Below are positions 1 to 6,384 of a stretch of 64,000 bases of DNA, piece after piece. The position numbers and the translations under genes were made by a program. The DNA lies in the IMG/VR virus record IMGVR_UViG_3300005841_000939; one strand, written 5' to 3'. The notes beneath the pieces were generated by a model. It was not told the origin of the DNA, made no database searches, and saw only the letters and a list, made by a program, of their open reading frames with translations. Within the stretch, counting starts at the first letter, position 1; each line of letters starts with the position of its first letter. This DNA comes from a virus (lineage: Duplodnaviria > Caudoviricetes).

Positions 1-163
1 AATAATACTCTGTCAGCCCGTTAATACCAGATTCTTTGACGTAATGGTCATATTCTTTTTTATTCTTAGACATATTCGCAAAGTACAACGACTTAGCCAA
101 CTTAATCCTTGAATTTTCAAAGTCATTGAACTGAATTTTATTATATTTTTTCTTTTTATTCAT
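1..163 (-). CDS. Hypothetical protein, 3' end outside window (MNKKKKYNKIQF...)
   Basis: Manual translation from ATG at 163, open to the window edge; lies downstream of the array terminator. Confidence 0.4.
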   Translation of the reverse strand, partial: MNKKKKYNKIQFNDFENSRIKLAKSLYFANMSKNKKEYDHYVKESGINGLTEYY

Positions 164-218
164 ATTTAAAGAATATTATACGCCTTTCATATTAGGCCGC
201 AAAATGTTTATATAGGTG

Positions 219-250
219 AAAAAACCCATATACATTTCTGCATATGGGTT
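219..250 (-). terminator. Intrinsic terminator closing the tRNA array
   Basis: Minus strand AACCCATATGCA-GAAA-TGTATATGGGTT followed by TTTT, 10 nt after the last tRNA CCA. Confidence 0.85.
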
Positions 251-260
251 ATCCACTTTA

Positions 261-336
261 TGGTGCTGACAGAGGGAATTGAACCCCCAACCTATTGTTT
301 ACAAAACAATTGCTCTGCCAATTGAGCTATGTCAGC
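261..336 (-). tRNA. tRNA-Thr(UGU)
   Basis: Cloverleaf; anticodon arm ATTGT-TTTGTAA-ACAAT; encoded CCA. Confidence 0.95.
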
Positions 337-372
337 ATAAAAACATTATAAACGGTAGAATCAAAAAACAAG

Positions 373-448
373 TGGTCAGGGTAACGAGAATTGAACTCGT
401 GTTTCATCCGTGACAGGGATGCGTAATAAGCCACTATACCATACCCCG
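373..448 (-). tRNA. tRNA-Asp(GUC)
   Basis: CATCC-CTGTCAC-GGATG; T arm; CCA. Confidence 0.92.
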
Positions 449-453
449 AAAAT

Positions 454-528
454 TGGCCGCTTCCGTGGGATTCGGACCCACATGACAAGGTTCGTAGCCT
501 TGTATCCTTCCAGTTAGATGAAGAAGCG
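454..528 (-). tRNA. tRNA-Arg(ACG)
   Basis: CAAGG-CTACGAA-CCTTG; CCA. Confidence 0.92.
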
Positions 529-543
529 AAACATAAAACAAAT

Positions 544-618
544 TGGCGTCCCATAAAGGATTTGAACCTTTTCTCTCAGTTTAGAAGACTGATTTGCTTC
601 CAATTACAACAACGGGAC
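544..618 (-). tRNA. tRNA-Arg(UCU)
   Basis: TCAGT-CTTCTAA-ACTGA; CCA. Confidence 0.92.
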
Positions 619-627
619 AAGAAAAAA

Positions 628-1047
628 CATATGGTGTGCTATGCTGGGCCAAAGTCTATTGAGGTATATTCTTGAGAAGTCGGGCATACAACCTTTTGCT
701 TATCAATTGCAACGCCCTCAAACCCACCGTTCCGTAAGATACTTGATGGGCAATTCTCATGTCGTCTGTTATATCAACTTACACAAGCTTTATTGGGTCG
801 GAAATCATGCATTGCTGCAATCAAAAACCCCTTGCTCCCTGTAACTGCTTGCGCAATTTATGGGTTCTTTCGATGTAAGCCAATATCGTCAACTCTATCC
901 TAGGGTTATAAGTCTGGACTGTTGCTATGCACTCCCTGATTGCTATTCAGTTCGCTGTGCTGCCAGAAACTCTTGAACCGTTTGCGCGACAGTTCTTCCC
1001 TTCGACACTCCTTAGATGATGCCTTGTTAAAGGCCACATCCCATATG
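628..1047 (-). ncRNA. Large structured RNA A (420 nt) framed by a 23S rRNA L11-binding-domain-like motif
   Basis: Terminal stem CATATGG/CCATATG; 5' GGATGTGGCCTTTAACAAGGCATCATCTAAGGAGTG and 3' ATAGCACA resemble 23S H43/H44; several GCAA-capped hairpins inside. Confidence 0.7.
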
Positions 1048-1052
1048 CAAAT

Positions 1053-1126
1053 TGGTTCCCCGTCTGAGAATTGAACTCAGGTCTCCAGCGTCACAAGCCG
1101 ATATACTGCCATTGTACGAACGAGGG
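1053..1126 (-). tRNA. tRNA-His(GUG), non-canonical acceptor end
   Basis: CGGC-TTGTGAC-GCTG; CCA; A73 and C1.A72 mismatch, genomic -1 base is T. Confidence 0.88.
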
Positions 1127-1207
1127 AATAACAAAACCGATTTTTTCCATAGCTCGGTAAACACTATGTTCCTTAGACGAGAACACGTTCATAGAAATTT
1201 CAAATAT

Positions 1208-1282
1208 TGGTTCCCCATCCGAGAATCGAACTCGGGTCTCCGGTGCCACAAACCAGCGTACTAACCACTGTACGAATGAGAG
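1208..1282 (-). tRNA. tRNA-His(GUG), second copy, same non-canonical acceptor end
   Basis: CTGGT-TTGTGGC-ACCGG; CCA; A73 and C1.A72. Confidence 0.88.
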
Positions 1283-1283
1283 A

Positions 1284-1595
1284 ATGAGAAAGACATTTTA
1301 TAATATTGCAATGCTTCGTTTAAAAACATTACGTGATGGACATACTTGTGTATTTTGTGGCCTAACATCTAAGCTAGGTAACAAGTCATGCCGAAATCTC
1401 ATAGAGATTCATCATATTATTGAACGTCAAGATGGCGGATCTAACGAAAGTTCAAATTTAATTCCATGCTGTTCCAATCACCATTCGCTTATCCATTCAG
1501 GAAGCATCAACGTTGATCGTTGGTACAAATCCACAAAAGGATGGCTATTGCGATGGACAGATGAAACTGGTGTTGAACACTATTCACCAGAATAA
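1284..1595 (+). CDS. HNH endonuclease, antisense within the tRNA array (true start may be ATG 1311)
   Basis: CxxC...IEIHHI...GGSNESSNLIPCCSNHHSLIH HNH signature. Confidence 0.85.
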   Translation: MRKTFYNIAMLRLKTLRDGHTCVFCGLTSKLGNKSCRNLIEIHHIIERQDGGSNESSNLIPCCSNHHSLIHSGSINVDRWYKSTKGWLLRWTDETGVEHYSPE

Positions 1596-1599
1596 AAAA

Positions 1600-1945
1600 T
1601 TGTTTGAATGGTGTGTTATTACACCAAAGAACCGGTTTTCTTTACTCTTAATCAAACACGAATTATAAAAAGACACATTGAAAAAGTAATGTATTGTCTC
1701 TTTATAAAAGGAGAATAACTCCAAAGTTTCGTTCTTAAACATGTAGCTGACTCCGGTCAAAGAGTAGGATTATGAATCCTTGCGCGGTTTGTTCAGAAGA
1801 GGTTGCTAGCTAATCCCTTCGTCGTCATACTTTATTTACCTTTTTTATCAGGACCATATGACAATCATCGGGCAAGCACCTTGCTATTCAGCGAATTCAC
1901 TCTTTAAAAGATGGCTACTTCTAAGCCGACTTCCCATTCAAACAA
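1600..1945 (-). ncRNA. Large structured RNA B (346 nt) framed by a 23S rRNA L11-binding-domain-like motif
   Basis: Perfect 12-bp terminal stem TTGTTTGAATGG/CCATTCAAACAA; 5' GGAAGTCGGCTTAGAAGTAGCCATCTTTTAAAGAGTG and 3' TGTAATAACACA match the 23S 1051-1108 consensus, split by a ~290-nt insert. Confidence 0.8.
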
Positions 1946-1954
1946 AAAGAATTT

Positions 1955-2105
1955 CACGACAAAAGTGCCAAAGTAGACTCCTTGCGGATTAGCTGTGTCT
2001 ATCATTTCCACCATACTCCCAATTGGTGGGAGCACCGGGATTTAAACCACGGATGTACCTAAGTACGGCTACGGTTATATAATGTAAACTTTAACTGCAT
2101 TCGTG
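1955..2105 (-). ncRNA. Y RNA-like scaffold copy 1 with permuted type II tRNA-like domain
   Basis: CACGAATGC...TACAT...T arm, acceptor closed by ACCAATT loop, D arm...TTTTGTCGTG. Confidence 0.7.
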
Positions 2106-2110
2106 AAAAG

Positions 2111-2185
2111 TGGTGCGTCGTCTTGGAATCGAACCAAGTCCCGAGGATTAAAAGTCCCCTGCTCCACCATTTGAGCTTACAACGC
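2111..2185 (-). tRNA. tRNA-Lys(UUU)
   Basis: GGGGA-CTTTTAA-TCCTC; CCA. Confidence 0.95.
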
Positions 2186-2189
2186 GTGT

Positions 2190-2501
2190 TTATTTCTTTG
2201 GTAAATTGCCAGTTATGAAAAATTTAAGACGTTGAAAAAAGCCCATATGAACTATTTCTTCATATGACATCAACATACTTTCCATACATGAATCTTTTAA
2301 CTTATTACTTTCTTCAATCTTTTTATTTTCTTCAATCAGTCTTTTATTTTCGGATTGAAGTGAAACATAATGCTTTTGTTGATATTCGATCAAACCAGCA
2401 TGAAATGCAGTTCCGCCAACCAAAATAAATTCACGAAGTGGAATTGATTGAGGCATTGAGTCTTGCATCTGTTGCGCAGCTTTTTCTAAATCTTTAGTCA
2501 T
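2190..2501 (-). CDS. Hypothetical protein with coiled coil
   Basis: 103-aa ORF, ATG, overlaps the upstream stop (ATGA). Confidence 0.7.
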   Translation of the reverse strand: MTKDLEKAAQQMQDSMPQSIPLREFILVGGTAFHAGLIEYQQKHYVSLQSENKRLIEENKKIEESNKLKDSCMESMLMSYEEIVHMGFFQRLKFFITGNLPKK

Positions 2502-2650
2502 TTTATTTCTTTGTGATTGGTTTTAACGGACTTTGATCCATACCCTGGACCAAACTTTTCTATCTGCTTCTTATACCACAATGCATGTGATCTAAGCCTT
2601 AAGAAATCGCCAGGTCCACTTCCTTTTGGTATCGGAATTTTTCTGAACAT
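2498..2650 (-). CDS. Small basic hypothetical protein (MFRKIPIPKG..., 50 aa)
   Basis: AAGGAG RBS before ATG 2650; the longer track ORF runs into tRNA-Lys. Confidence 0.6.
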   Translation of the reverse strand: MFRKIPIPKGSGPGDFLRLRSHALWYKKQIEKFGPGYGSKSVKTNHKEIK

Positions 2651-2669
2651 GGCATCTCCTTTCTTAATT

Positions 2670-2744
2670 TGGTGGGTCGTCACGGAATCGAACCGTGTTC
2701 TCAGGATTAAGAGTCCTATGCATCGCCATTTATGCTTACAACCC
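2670..2744 (-). tRNA. tRNA-Lys(CUU)
   Basis: TAGGA-CTCTTAA-TCCTG; CCA. Confidence 0.95.
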
Positions 2745-2748
2745 AAAT

Positions 2749-3036
2749 TTATATTAAAGATAGTGTTGATTCATCAAATAGGAATTCTTTTTTGACTTGT
2801 TCAATTGGAACTTTTATGACTTGTTCGTGAAATTGCCTAGTTTCTTTATAAGACGATTTTGAATGCTTATATACATGACGAATTAGCACCGTCTTTTCAG
2901 TGACCTTCGCAATTTTACCAAACATGAATGATCTATATTCCAATTCTACAAATAAAACCCAATCACCTGCAGCTAATTCATTGCCAAGAAAATCTTTGTT
3001 CATGGCGAAAGTATATGCAACCAATTTCGTTGTCAA
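2749..3036 (-). CDS. Hypothetical protein (SH3/KOW-like small phage protein)
   Basis: ORF with DFLGNEL..GDWV.F...GKIAKVTEKTV pattern; start uncertain. Confidence 0.6.
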   Translation of the reverse strand: MTTKLVAYTFAMNKDFLGNELAAGDWVLFVELEYRSFMFGKIAKVTEKTVLIRHVYKHSKSSYKETRQFHEQVIKVPIEQVKKEFLFDESTLSLI

Positions 3037-3086
3037 TTCTAAAAGGATACCTGGTTAAGCAGCAGGGTGAGGTTACGATTCTGTCG

Positions 3087-3245
3087 TCACAGACCGATTA
3101 AATATTCTTCACTCATCACAAACGCCAAACAGTCATCATCCATTCCATTATCAATTATGACTGGACCTGTTGCTTCTGCACCATACATTTTGATGGCATT
3201 TTCCATGGAATCTTCACACAGTTTTTTGAATTCTGGATATTCCAT
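3087..3245 (-). CDS. Small acidic hypothetical protein (52 aa)
   Basis: Manual translation MEYPEFKKLCEDS...; below the track length cutoff. Confidence 0.45.
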   Translation of the reverse strand: MEYPEFKKLCEDSMENAIKMYGAEATGPVIIDNGMDDDCLAFVMSEEYLIGL

Positions 3246-3250
3246 GATGA

Positions 3251-3403
3251 TCACTTTATAATTCTAAGAGGATAAAATTTTGTTTCATCCTTCTTTTTAT
3301 TCTTTGGATTCTTACTACGTTTTTGTTCAGATTCATGCAAAAGTTTTGCATAAATTTTCTGAAACTCTTCTAACGTGATTCCTATATCGTCATCTTCTTT
3401 CAT
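3251..3403 (-). CDS. Small hypothetical protein (50 aa)
   Basis: Manual translation MKEDDDIGITLEEF... Confidence 0.4.
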   Translation of the reverse strand: MKEDDDIGITLEEFQKIYAKLLHESEQKRSKNPKNKKKDETKFYPLRIIK

Positions 3404-3420
3404 GATGAGTCTTTCTAAAA

Positions 3421-3496
3421 TGGTGGAGACGGCAGGACTCGAACCTGTAACCCTCTACGTGCAAGGCAGATGCTCTACCAATTGAGCTACGTCCCC
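3421..3496 (-). tRNA. tRNA-Ala(UGC)
   Basis: TCTGC-CTTGCAC-GTAGA; G3.U70; CCA. Confidence 0.96.
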
Positions 3497-3595
3497 ATTT
3501 TGTTTATTGATATTTAGCTTTCGCTATTTTCTTCTTCCATGATGGCCAGGAATTAAACTTTTTCTTAGCCTCTTTTAAAATTTGTGCAGATGATT

Positions 3596-4039
3596 TCATA
3601 TTTTATTGGCGAATGTATAAAACATTCCAGTCTTTGTGTCAATGAATTTATATTCCTCAACTTTATATTCAAAAACTAATGAAAATATTCCGTCTGTATC
3701 ATTTAAATCATGATCTAACTTAGTTCCATGATAGAGACCTGCCAGATAAATTTTAGTAAATTCAAGTTTCAATATTACATCACCATTTTTTGCTATTTGT
3801 GATGTAACAATTTTTTCTGGTTGTTTAAACATCAATTCAAGTGTTTTTGGATTTTTATCATCAACTAACATTTTTATTTTTAATGTATCTTTATTAGTGA
3901 AGTCAACCGTTCTCACAAGTGTTGTTAGTTCGTTCTTTGGAACTAGTTCTACGCCATTAGCATCAAAGGCTTCTACTAAAAATAGATATGATCTTAATGG
4001 ATCATTAAAAAGAAATTCTGGTTTTGGAATATTATTCAT
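3596..4039 (-). CDS. Hypothetical protein, weakly tail-tube (gp19)-like
   Basis: Start moved to ATG 4039 because the track ORF overlaps tRNA-Gln; DPLRSYLFLVE and LDH...FSLVFEY resemble gp19-family ends. Confidence 0.55.
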   Translation of the reverse strand: MNNIPKPEFLFNDPLRSYLFLVEAFDANGVELVPKNELTTLVRTVDFTNKDTLKIKMLVDDKNPKTLELMFKQPEKIVTSQIAKNGDVILKLEFTKIYLAGLYHGTKLDHDLNDTDGIFSLVFEYKVEEYKFIDTKTGMFYTFANKI

Positions 4040-4080
4040 ACAAGTAATTATACAAAATATATTACAATATGCGAGAAAAA

Positions 4081-4156
4081 TGGTTGGGGAGGAAGGATTC
4101 GAACCTTCAACTTCTGGATTCAAAGTCCAGCGTTCTACCGATTGAACTACTCCCCA
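4081..4156 (-). tRNA. tRNA-Gln(UUG)
   Basis: CTGGA-CTTTGAA-TCCAG; CCA. Confidence 0.95.
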
Positions 4157-4165
4157 ATGAAAATT

Positions 4166-4247
4166 TGGTGTGCCTGAGAGGACTTGAACCTCCACCCTTT
4201 CGGACTAGTTTCTAAAACTAGCGCGGCTGCCATTACGCCACAAGCAC
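4166..4247 (-). tRNA. tRNA-Leu(UAG)
   Basis: CTAGT-TTTAGAA-ACTAG; variable arm; A73. Confidence 0.93.
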
Positions 4248-4262
4248 ATGATGAAATTGAAA

Positions 4263-4349
4263 TGGTGTGTCCAAAAGGAGTCGAACCTTCACCCCTGTTA
4301 CGGGATTAGCACCTCAAGCTAACGCGGCTGCCAATTACGCCATAGACAC
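4263..4349 (-). tRNA. tRNA-Leu(GAG)
   Basis: TTAGC-TTGAGGT-GCTAA; long variable arm. Confidence 0.92.
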
Positions 4350-4356
4350 ATAAAAA

Positions 4357-4417
4357 TCAAGACTAATATTTGAGAAGTTTTGTTGTTTCATAATGTAAAC
4401 TTCTGCGGCATTCTTGA
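4357..4417 (-). ncRNA. Y RNA-like scaffold copy 2 (minimal, no tRNA domain)
   Basis: TCAAGAATGC..AGAAGTT-TACAT...AACTTCT...TATTAGTCTTGA. Confidence 0.65.
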
Positions 4418-4427
4418 AAAAATAAAA

Positions 4428-4522
4428 TGGCGCCCCAGGATGGATTTGAACCACCAACCTCTTCTTGATCCCCCAAGGGATGGCCTTGATCAAGAATCAC
4501 TCTACATTTGAGCTACCGGGGC
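4428..4522 (-). tRNA. tRNA-like gene with a greatly extended anticodon arm (identity undetermined)
   Basis: Normal acceptor, D and T arms and GCCA end; anticodon arm TTCTTGATC-17 nt-GATCAAGAA. Confidence 0.7.
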
Positions 4523-4532
4523 ATATAAAAAA

Positions 4533-4607
4533 TGGCACCCAAGATAGGACTCGAACCTATAACATCCTGATTAACAGTCAGGCTCTCTACCATTGAGATA
4601 CTCGGGT
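4533..4607 (-). tRNA. tRNA-Asn(GUU)
   Basis: CCTGA-CTGTTAA-TCAGG; G73; CCA. Confidence 0.94.
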
Positions 4608-4617
4608 ACAAAAAAAA

Positions 4618-4708
4618 TGGCTGGTAGTGAGGGACTCGAACCCCCATGATGTTTTTCACATCGGCTCGTTAACAGCGGGCTGCCTTACCAAATTCGGCAC
4701 AACTACCA
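4618..4708 (-). tRNA. Type II (long variable arm) tRNA with Asn anticodon GUU
   Basis: GCCCG-CTGTTAA-CGAGC; variable arm GATGT-GAAAA-ACATC; G73; CCA. Confidence 0.8.
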
Positions 4709-4720
4709 ATGAAAATAAAA

Positions 4721-4806
4721 TGGAGTCTGTAGCAGGATTTGAACCTGCGTGTGGTTTCCCAAACGGTTTTGCAAACCGTCGCTTTCAGCCGCTCAGCCAT
4801 ACAGAC
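4721..4806 (-). tRNA. tRNA-Cys(GCA) with extended variable arm
   Basis: ACGGT-TTGCAAA-ACCGT; U73; CCA. Confidence 0.9.
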
Positions 4807-4812
4807 ATATAA

Positions 4813-4891
4813 TCGCAACAAAATTTAAAAAGTTTTGGTTTTTCCAGAGCAAGCTCGGGTATATTAGATGTAAACTTTTCAGCATTTGCGA
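4813..4891 (-). ncRNA. Y RNA-like scaffold copy 3 (no tRNA domain)
   Basis: TCGCAAATGC..AAAAGTT-TACAT...AACTTTT...TTTTGTTGCGA. Confidence 0.65.
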
Positions 4892-4903
4892 AATAAAAAG
4901 AAT

Positions 4904-5036
4904 AAAGCGACAAAAAGTATGAAGTGGTTTTTCGTGTGTTAGCCGTTACACCACCACCCGTTATGGTCGGGCAGCCAGGAATCGAACCTAGATCACGTTC
5001 TCCGAATGAATGTACACCTCAAAAGGCATTCGCTTT
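4904..5036 (-). ncRNA. Y RNA-like scaffold copy 4 with permuted tRNA-like domain
   Basis: AAAGCGAATGC...TACAT...CTAGG-TTCGATT-CCTGG, CTGCCCG-ACCATAA-CGGGTGG, D arm...TTTTGTCGCTTT. Confidence 0.72.
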
Positions 5037-5039
5037 AAA

Positions 5040-5116
5040 TGGTGGTCCCTCAGGGAATCGAACCCTAACCTCAGGTTTTTCAAACCTACGTGCATACCTA
5101 ATTACACCAAAGGACC
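5040..5116 (-). tRNA. tRNA-Phe(GAA)
   Basis: TAGGT-TTGAAAA-ACCTG; CCA. Confidence 0.92.
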
Positions 5117-5133
5117 ATAATATCTTAAAAAAT

Positions 5134-5223
5134 TGGCGGATAGAGAGGGATTTGAACCCCCGGAACGTTTTCACGCTCATCGGTTTAGTAAACCGGCGCA
5201 TTCGGCCACTCTGCCATCTATCC
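5134..5223 (-). tRNA. tRNA-Ser(ACU), rare A34 anticodon
   Basis: CCGGT-TTACTAA-ACCGA; long variable arm; G73; acceptor and T arm identical to Ser(UGA) at 8811. Confidence 0.9.
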
Positions 5224-5232
5224 GTATGAAAC

Positions 5233-5306
5233 TGGTCGGTAATGATGGAGTCGAACCATCGCATTGGCCTTATGAGAGCCACGTTCTGCCGTTAAACTAA
5301 ATACCG
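5233..5306 (-). tRNA. tRNA with CAU anticodon (Met or Ile2)
   Basis: TGGCT-CTCATAA-GGCCA; A73; CCA. Confidence 0.88.
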
Positions 5307-5310
5307 ATAC

Positions 5311-5386
5311 TGGCACGCTGGGCAGGACTTGAACCTGCAACACCTGGTTTTGGAAACCAGTGCTCTGCCGATTGAGCTACCAGCGT
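5311..5386 (-). tRNA. tRNA-Trp(CCA)
   Basis: CTGGT-TTCCAAA-ACCAG; G73; CCA. Confidence 0.95.
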
Positions 5387-5393
5387 ATGAAAC

Positions 5394-5603
5394 TTAAAAA
5401 TCTTTCTCTTCAAGCAAATTTGTGCAACGACCTTCTGCAACTGCTCTATTTATGTCATCAAATTCTTTTTTGATTTCATCAAGCAATGCTTTCTTTTCTT
5501 CTTCTGATATATCAGAAGAATTTAACCTTTCTTCGGTTTTCTCATCCAAATGAATGCAACTTGAAATCATTCCTTCTGATAACCATTCCTGTGGAACTAT
5601 CAT
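5394..5603 (-). CDS. Small acidic hypothetical protein
   Basis: 69-aa ORF overlapping the HD gene stop. Confidence 0.55.
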   Translation of the reverse strand: MIVPQEWLSEGMISSCIHLDEKTEERLNSSDISEEEKKALLDEIKKEFDDINRAVAEGRCTNLLEEKDF

Positions 5604-6205
5604 TTGTCTTCTTTCTCTAAAAGGTTGTTAAAAATGATTTTGCAAATGGCCTTGCCACGACGGTCAATATGCTTCCACTTGATCTTAAAAGAATCCGAAT
5701 CAATACCACCAAACATATTGGCATTTGAATGGATTTCAGCAAGACCTGCAATTAGAAGTGTTATTGCTTCTTTGCGTTTGCAAAATTCTTCAATTTGTTC
5801 TGCTTTGAGACGATGAATATCCATATCCAACCTAATGAGATTGGCAATTTGTTCATCACCTCCATGATCTAACCAAATTTGTGCAGAAATTTCCGCATGA
5901 TTTGGAAAATGAATGCGACCTTCGCTATCAGTTTCCTGACAGAATGGTTTGCCGCAATCATGAAAAAGGGCATACTCAAGAATTGTTTCGGTGTCTAACA
6001 GATTCCCTAAAATCTGTGACTTGTATAATTGAAACCATTCAGGGAGTCGCCAATTTGGCAACACCTATGTTTCACCTTTTATAAACTGAATCAACTCTTG
6101 AAGATGATTCTTGACTGATTCTCCGTGTTGGAGAATCGTTTGATGTTGATTTTGATTACAACCCTTCATCTTTTCGATGAGGATCTACTGAAAGTCCTGC
6201 TTCAT
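5600..6205 (-). CDS. HD-domain phosphohydrolase with two in-frame TAG codons (6185-6187 and 6065-6067)
   Basis: AAGGA RBS before ATG 6205; same frame as track ORF 5600..6064; LQHG (first His), FHDCGKP and later DMDIH/EIHSN motifs. Confidence 0.7.
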
Positions 6206-6213
6206 GATGTTCC

Positions 6214-6384
6214 TTAAATGGTTGATGCGAGAGCGAGCGATGTTGCTATGCGTGAAAGTTCGTCATTTCTTTTACTATCAATTTGACCATTGTTCCATCC
6301 AATTTCTCGAATGTGAAATGCCAACGCCAAAGAATTTTCAAATTCTTCAACTTCAATTAATTTTTCTCCAACTCTAATCATCAT
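6214..6384 (-). CDS. Small hypothetical protein (56 aa)
   Basis: Manual translation MMIRVGEKLIEVEEF...; ATGA overlap with the HNH stop. Confidence 0.5.
   Translation of the reverse strand: MMIRVGEKLIEVEEFENSLALAFHIREIGWNNGQIDSKRNDELSRIATSLALASTI

Noticed and set aside
1880-1945. True 23S rRNA gene or host contamination
   Set aside because: Similarity is limited to the ~58-nt L11 domain, is split by an insert, and is embedded in phage tRNA context with no other rRNA sequence
628-1945. tmRNA, RNase P RNA or a definite group I/II intron call for RNAs A and B
   Set aside because: No tmRNA tRNA-like ends or tag, no RNase P P4 motifs, no GUGYG start, and no P7 R/S elements in the right order could be identified by eye
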